Shown here: positions 16,932 to 25,498 of the stretch, piece by piece
How positions within the stretch are numbered: the stretch's first letter is position 1
Layout of the letters: each line of letters opens with the position of its first letter
Source of the DNA: a virus
Lineage: Duplodnaviria > Caudoviricetes
IMG/VR virus record: IMGVR_UViG_3300012943_000054
Coordinates: 1 to 27,049 of that record
DNA: 27,049 nucleotides
Strand: one strand, 5' to 3'
Translations under genes and position numbers: made by a program
Notes under the pieces: model-generated
Databases searched by the model: none
What the model was told of the DNA's origin: nothing
What the model saw: the letters and a program-made list of their open reading frames with translations, nothing else

Positions 16932-18086
16932 ATGGCTATTAAAGAAGTCACGCCAGACGGCAAAGAAGAATTGGTTCCTGGAAAGGAGCCTTTGAAGAAG
17001 GATCCTAAGAAGAAACTTAAGGATCGTTGGGTTGAACTCAAGAAGACTCTTGATCACTCCAAAGCTTTTCTTGATCTTAAGGAAGATGCTGAAGAGGAAC
17101 AACCAGAGCAAGCTCCAGAAGGCCAAGAACAAGAAGAGCCTCAAATACCTGTCATTCCAGAAGATGAAGAGACGGCCGAGGATGACGCAGGGGATGAACA
17201 AGAAATGGAAGAGGGCGATGACGCACCTTCCGAAGATGTTGATCAGGATGGCGCATCTGAAATTCCAGACGACGAAGAACAAGGTTCCGCTGATGAGCAG
17301 ATGGAAGAAGAACAGCCAGAAGAAGGCGAAGAGGGTGTAGCTGAAGAGCCAAACAAGGAAGAGCTGATTGAAGCTCTCCGTGAAGAAGGCTATACCGACC
17401 CAGAGATCGCTTACATCGTGCACGGACATCACTCTCCTGAGATTGATGAGACTAAGCAAGCTAAGGCTAATGCTACGGACGCTATGTCTCAAGTCGATGT
17501 CAACAACGCCTCTGAGATGGCTAATATCGAGCGCGAGATTGCTAAGCAGAAAGCTGCTCTTGAGCAAGATCATGCTAAGAAGATGTCTGATCATGAGCAC
17601 GAGACTTCTCGCAAGATGGCAGAACATGAGCTTGAACATAAGCGTCGTATGTCTGATGTTGAGTATCAAACTGCTCAGCAAGGTCAGATGGATCCTTCTT
17701 TAGATAAGGAACATCGTAAGCGTATGCTTGATCTTGAGTATGAGAATGCTAAGGCTCAGAGCCCAGATATGTCTGCTGACAAAGAAGCTAACAAGCAACT
17801 TAAGGCTCTTGAAGTCGAACAGAAGAAGATTGAGTTAGAAGCTAAGAAGCGCCAAGTAGAACTAGAACTTGAGTTTCGTGAAAAGGAACAGGCTCTTAAA
17901 TTGAAGCTTATGGAAGCCCAATTGAAGCAACAAGCTAAGATGAAAGATCAGCTTGCCGGCGAGAAGCATAAGCATAAGCTTGCAGATGCTAAGAAGCCAC
18001 CTGCGAAAAAGCCTCTCAAGAAGTCAGAAGATGAAGAAGGATATGAGTATGAGCAAGAAGACGGATCAGACGCTGAAGAAGTGTGA
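16932..18086 (+). CDS. Acidic/coiled-coil putative head protein
   Basis: GAGGA RBS, an E/D-rich N-terminal half, EH.RRM.D.E-like repeats, a long coiled coil, and LKKT/LKKS motifs near both ends. Confidence 0.6.
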   Translation: MAIKEVTPDGKEELVPGKEPLKKDPKKKLKDRWVELKKTLDHSKAFLDLKEDAEEEQPEQAPEGQEQEEPQIPVIPEDEETAEDDAGDEQEMEEGDDAPSEDVDQDGASEIPDDEEQGSADEQMEEEQPEEGEEGVAEEPNKEELIEALREEGYTDPEIAYIVHGHHSPEIDETKQAKANATDAMSQVDVNNASEMANIEREIAKQKAALEQDHAKKMSDHEHETSRKMAEHELEHKRRMSDVEYQTAQQGQMDPSLDKEHRKRMLDLEYENAKAQSPDMSADKEANKQLKALEVEQKKIELEAKKRQVELELEFREKEQALKLKLMEAQLKQQAKMKDQLAGEKHKHKLADAKKPPAKKPLKKSEDEEGYEYEQEDGSDAEEV

Positions 18087-19083
18087 GGATTTGATTGAGC
18101 GCCTTCAAGAGCTTAAGAAGGCTCTTGGTGTTGTTACGCAGAAGCAATCCAATAGAAGGCCTGTGAACGCTCTTGGTGCTGGTTGGTCGCAAGACCCAGG
18201 CACTGGTGCATTTCATCACTCTACGCACGGCGTTATTTCGACCATGAAGAACCCAGAGGGTGGTTTTAACATCGTCCACGGTGGAAAGATGGTCGGTCAA
18301 GTTGGTGATGTATCTCAAGCTGGCGCTCACATTAAATCATATGTTGGAAATCTAGGAGCTATGGATACCGGCATGCACAACCGTCCATCTCCCATGAATC
18401 CTGATACGCCAAAATTAGGCACAGGCAACTCATTTGAGAAATCAGGGTACGGTCCAAAAGGGGCCGGTTTATACAACCCAGCGGATAACGCTCGCAGAAA
18501 GATGAACAACACAGGCGATGTAGCTGGTGCGGGTCCAAACGTCAATGCTAAAGCATATAGCACCAAGCCAGGTCAGTTAAGTGCAAAGGCTCAAGCCTCT
18601 GCTGAAGCTGCCAAGACTAAAAAACTAAGCGGTCCTGTTAAGCAATATACTCCGGCTCAGATTGCTGCAATTAATGAAGCTCGTAAGCTTAAGAAGAACG
18701 CAGAAGAGAGTCGTTGGGACCAACACGCTCAGATCCCTAATGCTGATGAAGAAGTTAACAACCTTCAGAAGACCAACCCACCTGTCGTAGCTGAAGATCT
18801 TATGGCTAACCAACTTGCTAACTTAATGCAAGGAAAAGCTATGTTGAACCAACCACCAAAACAGCCCTCTTCTGAGGAGATGCTTATGGCTGGTCAAGCT
18901 ATGGGCTTAGGCGTAACCGAAGAGATGCAGAAGGCTGAAGAAGTTCAGTGGGGTGGCGCTATCAATAATTGGCTACTCGAAGCTCAGAAACCTATCAGCT
19001 CCCGTTTCAACTCTCCTGAAGAAGAAGACGCTTACTGGGCTTCTATCAAGGTCGCCGATCGTGGCGGTAATGACGGTTACTAA
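18049..19083 (+). CDS. Putative internal head protein
   Basis: Likely start at ATG 18049 (GAAGG 8 nt upstream), overlapping the previous gene. G/P/N-rich, with LKKC, LKKA, FEKS, LKKN and MQKAE motifs. Confidence 0.6.
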   Translation: MSKKTDQTLKKCEDLIERLQELKKALGVVTQKQSNRRPVNALGAGWSQDPGTGAFHHSTHGVISTMKNPEGGFNIVHGGKMVGQVGDVSQAGAHIKSYVGNLGAMDTGMHNRPSPMNPDTPKLGTGNSFEKSGYGPKGAGLYNPADNARRKMNNTGDVAGAGPNVNAKAYSTKPGQLSAKAQASAEAAKTKKLSGPVKQYTPAQIAAINEARKLKKNAEESRWDQHAQIPNADEEVNNLQKTNPPVVAEDLMANQLANLMQGKAMLNQPPKQPSSEEMLMAGQAMGLGVTEEMQKAEEVQWGGAINNWLLEAQKPISSRFNSPEEEDAYWASIKVADRGGNDGY

Positions 19084-19102
19084 GTCAATTCCATAGTACA
19101 AT
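19081..19102 (+). promoter_or_regulatory. Putative promoter TAAGT-N9-AGTACAAT
   Basis: A variant of the recurrent motif in the gap before the fibre genes. Confidence 0.45.
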
Positions 19103-19154
19103 AGGTACAAGAGCCTATGAATGGTCATAGGTGCTTGGACATGGAAATGGATAT

Positions 19155-20102
19155 ATGCTAGAGAAGCGCTGGATAGCGGTTCCTCCGCAGGCTTTTGCTG
19201 CTGACGGTACTGCTGATGGAAAAATCACAGTAACTGATTCCACCTTATTTAAGGTGAAGCAGCTTGTAATCCTAGTATCGAACACCATTCCAAGTCGCGA
19301 CGATCTCGAAGTCAAGCGCATCCCAGACAAAAATACAATATTCGTAGGCCCTAAAGGTGGAAACATCGATTCAAGGGTTGATCTATCTGCTTATCTATTA
19401 ACGGATAGTTCTACTATTGCGGCCAATGAACAGCAACGCTCTAAGGTGCCAGAGCAAGAGATTGAACGTCTCACCTATGAAGAAGAGCCTACAGTTGCTC
19501 GTCGCAGCGTCTTGGTCGACAAGATGGGCGATAAGATCGACTCTGTTCAAGATAGCCATGGCGTTAATAGATTAGCCGTTGATGGCATGTTCACTGCTGA
19601 GGTTGACGTCCAAGTTGACGTTGATATTGAAGGCGTCTACGACCCTGTCACAAATCCAGATCCTGACAGCATTGGTTTAGTTGGCCACCTAAGAAGCAAC
19701 CCCACCAATCAGACCCATCAGACTCAAAGACAGACTGCTAAGAGAGGCACTGTCGATACTGACACAGTTTCAGCAGATGTGTCTCTGCATGACCAAAATG
19801 GTAATGCTTACACTACCGCGAATCCTCTTCCTACAGCCGGTAGCTATGAGAAATTCTTTACCCTCATCGGGGCCTCAAAATGGATGGAATTGGCTACATA
19901 TGATCAAGTGATCCCAACTTTTTCTGTAGGCAATACAGTACTCACCTTAGATTATCTTGAGGATGGAGCTTTGTTAGGACAAGCGGTAGTTACAAACTTT
20001 ACTTCGCTAACCGGATGGGACATTGTTTTAAGCAGATACATCGACGAGGACGACGGAACGCCTCTTCAAGACGATGACGGATCGTTCTTGAATTTAGATT
20101 AA
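19155..20102 (+). CDS. Putative virion structural protein / fibre adaptor
   Basis: Likely start ATG 19155 (the track starts at GTG 19131). The C-terminal DEDDGTPLQDDDGSFL resembles the repeated 'EDG..L' motif of fibre-attachment proteins. It precedes the fibre gene. Confidence 0.55.
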   Translation: MLEKRWIAVPPQAFAADGTADGKITVTDSTLFKVKQLVILVSNTIPSRDDLEVKRIPDKNTIFVGPKGGNIDSRVDLSAYLLTDSSTIAANEQQRSKVPEQEIERLTYEEEPTVARRSVLVDKMGDKIDSVQDSHGVNRLAVDGMFTAEVDVQVDVDIEGVYDPVTNPDPDSIGLVGHLRSNPTNQTHQTQRQTAKRGTVDTDTVSADVSLHDQNGNAYTTANPLPTAGSYEKFFTLIGASKWMELATYDQVIPTFSVGNTVLTLDYLEDGALLGQAVVTNFTSLTGWDIVLSRYIDEDDGTPLQDDDGSFLNLD

Positions 20103-20114
20103 TTAGGAGATATT

Positions 20115-22739
20115 ATGAGCAAAGTTAGAAATTTACCAGCAACAACGTCGTTGAACGATGATGATTTGCTGTACGCAGTAGATGAAGCTGCAGGACCAAA
20201 TGGTGGCAGAAAGATTACTAAAGCTGACTTCAAAGAAACCATAAAGCAATCTCCTGCTGAGATCAAGGTCTCTTACGAGAGCAACCCAGATACTAACGCT
20301 TTCACTGATGCTGAGAAAACTAAACTTGGCACTATTGAAGCTGGCGCAGAGTTTCAAAATGCTAACGAGGTTCCTTACGACAACACCGCTTCTGGTCTGT
20401 CTGCAACTGATGTACAAGGTGCTATCGATGAGGCTGTCACTGAAGCACAGGCTGATTTTAGACCCTCTATCGTTTCTGGTCGCATCTTGCACTACACTGG
20501 TGGAACGGCTCGTTTTGATGATGTTTTCTTCTCATTGCTTCCAGGCGACATTCTATTAAATCCAAATATTACTTTTGGTGAAGTTTACGTTGATCTAGAT
20601 GGACTTGTTAAGCAAACAGCTTCTGGTGTTAATGCTCCACCTCTATCTATCGTTTTTGCTAAATTTAGTACAGATCTAAACAACATCGTTTCCTTAACTG
20701 ATGAACGTGTTAAGAACACTCAGAACCTGGTTCGCGGTCTTTTGGCTGACGTTAGAGATGTAAGAGCTGGAGCAGCATCATCTGCCGGAGCAAGCGGTAG
20801 GTTGTCTGATGCACAACATAAGCACAACATTCTTACTGGTGCGCCTTCCACTCAACTTGTAGAGCAAGGAAATTCTGAAGGTACTAGTGCTAACTTAGCT
20901 AGAGCTGACCACATCCATAATTTTCCAACTGCAGCCCCTAACGATATCTTAAAGCCATCTTTAGGTAATACCGTAGGCTCAGGTACAAACTTCTCAAGAA
21001 ATGATCACACTCACGCTATTGCTACTGCGCTAGTTGCTGACATCAGCACTATTCTTCCAGATGATGCAGCATCAGCTGGTACTGCTGATAACTACGCTCG
21101 CGGTGATCATAAGCATGCTGTTGATACAGCGGCACCTACTACTAATCTGTCTCCAGATACCTCCAATGCTGAAGGTGTTGGGACTTCATTCTCGCGCAAC
21201 GACCACTCTCATGCTCTTGATATCGCTATCGGCGGTGACCTAAGTACGGTTAACGCAGGTGACACAGAATCACTAGGAACTGCACCGAGATTTGTTAGAG
21301 CCGACCATCAACATCCTGTAGCCACTGCAACTGCAGTAGGTCTTGATGCTAATTCTACTAGTATTGAAGGAGCTTCTACTAGCTTAGCTAGAGCCAATCA
21401 TACCCATGCTATTGCAACTGGTGCACCTTCTACGCAAACCCCTGATCAGGCTAACGCTGCTGGCTCATCTGCTAACTTAGCAAAAGCCGATCACATTCAT
21501 AATATTCCAGCTGACGCGCCAACGACCACTCTTTCTCCAGCTACAACCAACGCCGAAGGCGTTGGGACAGCTTTTGCTAGAAATGACCATACCCATGCTG
21601 TTGCTACTGGTGTGGTTGGTAATATCACTACTATTCAGCCAGACGATGCTGCAGATGCTGGTGTTCTTGATAGCTTCGCTAGATCTGACCATAAGCATGC
21701 CGTTGCAGCCGCTGCGCCTACCACCAATCTAACGCCAGCGACTACAAATACCGAAGGTGTTGGTACATCTTTCGCAAGAAACGATCATAGCCATGCTTTG
21801 ACTATGGCTATCGGTGGAGACTTAAGCACTGTTAACGCAGGTGATGCAGAAATCTTAGGAACCGCAGATAGATTCGTTAGAGCTGACCATCAACACCCAG
21901 TTGCTACTGCAGCTGCTGTTACTCTTGATGCTGCTTCTACTAACACAGAGGGAGCATCAACTAGTTTGGCTAGAGCTAACCATACTCACGCTATCTCTAC
22001 GGGAGCACCGTCTACTCAGAATCCTGACCAAGCTAACGCTGTTGGTTCATCAGCTAATTTAGCTCGCGCAGATCACATTCATAATATTCCTGCAGATGCT
22101 CCAACAACTACGTTGTCTCCTGCTACTACTAATGCAGAAGGTGTGGGTACTAGCTTTGCTAGAAATGATCACACACATGCTGTTGCTACGGCTCTTGTCG
22201 GCGATATCACCACCATTCTTCCTGACGATGCGGCTTCGGCTGGAACTGCTAATACGTTTGCTAGAGGTGACCATAGACATGCCATTGCAGCAGCTGCTGC
22301 TTCTTCTATCAGTACGTCAACCACGAATACAGAGGGTGCTTCAACATCTTTCGCTCGCGCTGATCATACTCACGTTGTTACTATTACCAACCAAGAAGCT
22401 ACTGCAACTGCAGACGATACGACAAGCAGTGCAACAGATGTTTTGATGGTGAGTATGACTCAAACACCTGCCGCCGGAACTTATCTGGTCATGTGGACTG
22501 GCTCTATTGTCAACTCTGCCAACGGCGCGGAAAGAACTTGGGTTAGCTTATATTCTGGCGGTTCTCAAGTCTCTGCTACAGAGCGCTCGATTGGTACTTC
22601 CGGTGGCGCGTATTCTCCTGCTATCACCCACGCAGTTATTACTGTTAACGGTTCTCAAGCAATTGAGCTTCGTTGGAGGGCTGCTGGTGGTACATCAACG
22701 GTTCACAGCAGAAGGTTGTCATTAGCTAGGGTGGGATAA
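20115..22739 (+). CDS. Long fibre protein with 17 HxH repeats
   Basis: AGGAG RBS. N-terminal KVRNLP...DLLYAVD...RKIT fibre-type motif, YDNTASGLSATDVQGAIDE, repeated (F/L)AR.DH.H units and a C-terminal beta-rich tip. Confidence 0.8.
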   Translation: MSKVRNLPATTSLNDDDLLYAVDEAAGPNGGRKITKADFKETIKQSPAEIKVSYESNPDTNAFTDAEKTKLGTIEAGAEFQNANEVPYDNTASGLSATDVQGAIDEAVTEAQADFRPSIVSGRILHYTGGTARFDDVFFSLLPGDILLNPNITFGEVYVDLDGLVKQTASGVNAPPLSIVFAKFSTDLNNIVSLTDERVKNTQNLVRGLLADVRDVRAGAASSAGASGRLSDAQHKHNILTGAPSTQLVEQGNSEGTSANLARADHIHNFPTAAPNDILKPSLGNTVGSGTNFSRNDHTHAIATALVADISTILPDDAASAGTADNYARGDHKHAVDTAAPTTNLSPDTSNAEGVGTSFSRNDHSHALDIAIGGDLSTVNAGDTESLGTAPRFVRADHQHPVATATAVGLDANSTSIEGASTSLARANHTHAIATGAPSTQTPDQANAAGSSANLAKADHIHNIPADAPTTTLSPATTNAEGVGTAFARNDHTHAVATGVVGNITTIQPDDAADAGVLDSFARSDHKHAVAAAAPTTNLTPATTNTEGVGTSFARNDHSHALTMAIGGDLSTVNAGDAEILGTADRFVRADHQHPVATAAAVTLDAASTNTEGASTSLARANHTHAISTGAPSTQNPDQANAVGSSANLARADHIHNIPADAPTTTLSPATTNAEGVGTSFARNDHTHAVATALVGDITTILPDDAASAGTANTFARGDHRHAIAAAAASSISTSTTNTEGASTSFARADHTHVVTITNQEATATADDTTSSATDVLMVSMTQTPAAGTYLVMWTGSIVNSANGAERTWVSLYSGGSQVSATERSIGTSGGAYSPAITHAVITVNGSQAIELRWRAAGGTSTVHSRRLSLARVG
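21000..22280 (+). repeat. Higher-order tandem repeat with a 582-nt (194-aa) period
   Basis: Equivalent NDHTH codons start at 21000, 21582 and 22164. Each period holds six units of about 32 aa in the same order. Confidence 0.88.
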
Positions 22740-22742
22740 GCA

Positions 22743-23540
22743 ATGAGACTGTTAATTCAGAATAACTCTAGTGATGCGTTTACTTATGCTGATAGCACAG
22801 TTGTTATAGCAGCTAGTGCTACAACTGAAGTTCAGTCGTTGAACTGGTTTGCTCTATTTTCAGACCTCAACTTTGTTAGAGATTTACGCTTAAACAATAT
22901 TCAGGTTGGTGATGGTCTAAAGTTCTTTTTGCCTACAGAAGGCGAAAACTACATGAGACTTATTACCAATGATATTGATTGGAATAATAGAGATACTGAT
23001 GGCGCGCTCATAATGCGAATGAAAGCAGCCAAGAAGGGTTGGAGCTTTTGGGCAGTTCCAGTAGAAATAACTACATCTACTCTCAGTGGGACTATGTTTT
23101 GTCAGACATCGGATGGAAACAACATTCCATGGGTGAACTGTAAGATATACGATGGTAACAACGCTGAAATTACCACCGCTGGATTAGCTAATATAAATTT
23201 AGCTACCTGCGTAAAGACTGTCATTGACTTTGAGCCAACATTTGATTATGAAATCATCGGTGGAGCTCTTAGAATCAACTCTAATCCATCTCAAGACGTA
23301 AGAATGTGGATTGTTGGCGCTCCTGATATTCCGGCAATATATGGCGGCTCTAAAGAGTTTGCTAGTGGCATTAACTTAAAGTTTTTAGCACCAGATAGTT
23401 CATTTGAGATCGATGGTCGCGTAACTAAGTTTCTTAGTTACAATGCAGCAACGCACCAAGGTAAGATGAGAATCATTCTAAAACATCCTGCTGGTTCCCA
23501 GGTTAATATGCAGCTTATTGTGCATATTTATAGGCAGTAA
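22743..23540 (+). CDS. Hypothetical (probably virion) protein
   Basis: 265-aa ORF 3 nt after the fibre gene, beta-rich. No family was recognised. Confidence 0.6.
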   Translation: MRLLIQNNSSDAFTYADSTVVIAASATTEVQSLNWFALFSDLNFVRDLRLNNIQVGDGLKFFLPTEGENYMRLITNDIDWNNRDTDGALIMRMKAAKKGWSFWAVPVEITTSTLSGTMFCQTSDGNNIPWVNCKIYDGNNAEITTAGLANINLATCVKTVIDFEPTFDYEIIGGALRINSNPSQDVRMWIVGAPDIPAIYGGSKEFASGINLKFLAPDSSFEIDGRVTKFLSYNAATHQGKMRIILKHPAGSQVNMQLIVHIYRQ

Positions 23541-23542
23541 AT

Positions 23543-23710
23543 ATGACGATTAACAAAGTCACAAGACTATTCCCGTTGCCTGGCGGCGTAATAGACGAAG
23601 CAATTATTCAAGCTCACATAGATGAGCAAAATCAAGACGGTTGGCAACTTATCTGTGTGGATAACATGGTCGGTTGGTATCGTTTTTTCTGGGCAAAGAA
23701 TACGAGTTAA
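23543..23710 (+). CDS. Small protein (55 aa) missing from the ORF track, DUF4177-like
   Basis: MTINKVTRLFPLPGGVIDEAIIQAHIDEQNQDGWQLICVDNMVGWYRFFWAKNTS fits exactly between two genes (2-nt and 1-nt gaps) and has a DGWQLI motif. Confidence 0.65.
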   Translation: MTINKVTRLFPLPGGVIDEAIIQAHIDEQNQDGWQLICVDNMVGWYRFFWAKNTS

Positions 23711-23711
23711 T

Positions 23712-24191
23712 ATGAAGATAGTATGGGTTAAAGGATCTGCTCCATTATCTAAACTAATCATGTGGGGACTAGATGAACCTGTCTCTCATATGGCAATCGT
23801 GTTTGACGACAAGATCGTCTTCCACGCTGATCTATTAGGCGTTCGACTAGCCTGGTATCCTACGTTTATCAAGTCTCATGAAATTGTCTTCCAGATGGAA
23901 TACAATCTACCGCTCGACCAAGAAGAAGAGGTCTATCAAAGTATCATCACCGCAAACGATGGAAAAGGCTATGACTACGGAGCTTTTTTATATTTTATGT
24001 GGAGAGGGTTTTTGAGGAAGTGTTTCAAGGTCCCCATGCCCGATACTAACCCATGGGGTTCTAAAGATAGATATTTGTGCGATGAGATGGTAGAGGTTCT
24101 GCCCGACTTCATCATACCTAAGTCTGTTAAAGACATTGATATAGGTATGAAGAGTCCGTATCAAGTCTACTTGTTACTTACTCGACTATAA
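23712..24191 (+). CDS. Permuted papain-like NlpC/P60 (YiiX/YebB-type) hydrolase
   Basis: His precedes Cys: PVSHMAIVF ... GKGYDY ... YLCDEMV. The start was moved to ATG 23712. Confidence 0.75.
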   Translation: MKIVWVKGSAPLSKLIMWGLDEPVSHMAIVFDDKIVFHADLLGVRLAWYPTFIKSHEIVFQMEYNLPLDQEEEVYQSIITANDGKGYDYGAFLYFMWRGFLRKCFKVPMPDTNPWGSKDRYLCDEMVEVLPDFIIPKSVKDIDIGMKSPYQVYLLLTRL

Positions 24192-24555
24192 TTCCTTCAA
24201 GGCATTCTAGTTCTTCTACAGAGAGAACGATCTTATCGCCAAGCTCGTCAATCCTAAGCGTTGGCAGCTCGATGTCCATGTTGGTGAGATCGTTCAGTTC
24301 AGAAGCAAAGGCTTTGATACCTTCTGCAGAGAATTGAACATTGTTGTGCTCATTGACGTTGAGTGAGCCGTCTTCATTCTTAAGTCCGTGACGCTGAAGA
24401 GCTTCTTTACGAACCTCTTCATACTTAGCATACTCTTCGCGTGCAATCTTAGTAATGCCCTTAAGTCTGAACGCTGTCTTCAAGGGAAGCGGTTCAGAGC
24501 CTAACTTGGTCAGCGCGTGGTGTAGCCTCTCATCGATCAATTTTGCGAGTTTCAT
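24178..24555 (-). CDS. Hypothetical phage protein
   Basis: 125-aa helical ORF with an AGGAG RBS on the minus strand. Confidence 0.7.
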   Translation of the reverse strand: MKLAKLIDERLHHALTKLGSEPLPLKTAFRLKGITKIAREEYAKYEEVRKEALQRHGLKNEDGSLNVNEHNNVQFSAEGIKAFASELNDLTNMDIELPTLRIDELGDKIVLSVEELECLEGIIVE

Positions 24556-24583
24556 TAGTCTCTCCTGTGATATAGTTTATACC

Positions 24584-24913
24584 ATGGACATAAAGAGTGC
24601 ATTAACAAAGTGGAAAGAGTTCGTTGTCGCTATGAACGACAAGGGAATCCCACTACCGATGGTTCGTGACCCTAACACCTTAGAAGGTTCAGTTTCTTTG
24701 ACCTTGGTGGTTATGTCTTCTTTCTTAGTTGTAGTCGGCATTGTTGGTAAGGCGGCAGGCTTTATCGGTGGCATCGACATGAGCTCAGCATTCAACTTCT
24801 TCTACGCTTCTACGACCCTATACTTCGGTCATACTTGGATCAACAAAGAACCTAAAGATGAACCTAAGGCTGATCCGAAGGTCTTACCAAAGGTTGATGA
24901 CCCTGACGCATAA
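24584..24913 (+). CDS. Small membrane protein (holin-like)
   Basis: Two hydrophobic segments and a charged C-terminal tail. Likely start ATG 24584, 7 nt after the -10-like GATATAGT. Confidence 0.55.
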   Translation: MDIKSALTKWKEFVVAMNDKGIPLPMVRDPNTLEGSVSLTLVVMSSFLVVVGIVGKAAGFIGGIDMSSAFNFFYASTTLYFGHTWINKEPKDEPKADPKVLPKVDDPDA

Positions 24914-25421
24914 GTTCTGGGGCCCAATCTGGGGCCTGTGAATTGGTCCATTTAGGTGGACGCTTATCGGCCAGCCACTTAGATCTCATAGTGTTTCTAT
25001 AGCAATCAATTATATTGGCTCCCGTGTTCTTCCCGTACATCGAGGAATTGGCGAATTCGGTAGTGCCTGACAAGGGTATGTATTGCACACCAGAATGCAA
25101 TCCTGGCATGTTTCTGTGCATCGAATGCAGTTTCCCGGTGCGTTTGAATTTCTCAATAATCAAAGCCTCTGTATGAGCTACAAGCCACTGATAATTATCC
25201 CTAGACTCTCTAGTCCAGACTGTACAGGGATGGTTACGCCACCCCCTGGTGCTAAATGGGGTTCCATCTTTCTTTTTAGGTAGCTCAGATGTTGGACATC
25301 CATGCTCAGCTAAGGCTACAGCCAGCATCTGAACGCTCTCAAGGATCATCTTATTAAGTCTAAGATCATCAAGGGCTTGGGCGCTCTTAACAGGGTCTCT
25401 ATCCGTTACAAAGATGTTCAT
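24864..25421 (-). CDS. Pyrimidine-dimer DNA glycosylase / endonuclease V-like protein
   Basis: MNIF.TD.DP..SAQALDD.RLNKMILESVQML, NHPCTVW, NYQWL and KWT...PDW are motifs of this phage family. Confidence 0.78.
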   Translation of the reverse strand: MNIFVTDRDPVKSAQALDDLRLNKMILESVQMLAVALAEHGCPTSELPKKKDGTPFSTRGWRNHPCTVWTRESRDNYQWLVAHTEALIIEKFKRTGKLHSMHRNMPGLHSGVQYIPLSGTTEFANSSMYGKNTGANIIDCYRNTMRSKWLADKRPPKWTNSQAPDWAPELMRQGHQPLVRPSDQP

Positions 25422-25498
25422 TGATACCCTCTCGTTTCGGATTTGTACTTTGGCCTATCCGACTTAGCTACTTCACTTGATAAGATAGCCATAGGCAC

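Noticed and set aside
16914-17681. 255-aa hydrophobic minus-strand ORF and other antisense/alternate-frame ORFs in the track
   Set aside because: These are shadows of charged plus-strand genes (antisense of GAA/AAG codons gives Phe/Leu/Ser) with no RBS or motifs.
17953-18048. Long N-terminal extensions given by the ORF track (also 10589, 12741, 23622, 24455)
   Set aside because: Downstream ATGs have better RBS or promoter context and avoid long overlaps.
20810-22375. Repeats as a CRISPR array or DGR template/variable pair
   Set aside because: They are in-frame, degenerate coding repeats with synonymous changes. There are no identical repeats with unique spacers, no adenine-specific pattern was evident, and no RT or cas gene is present.
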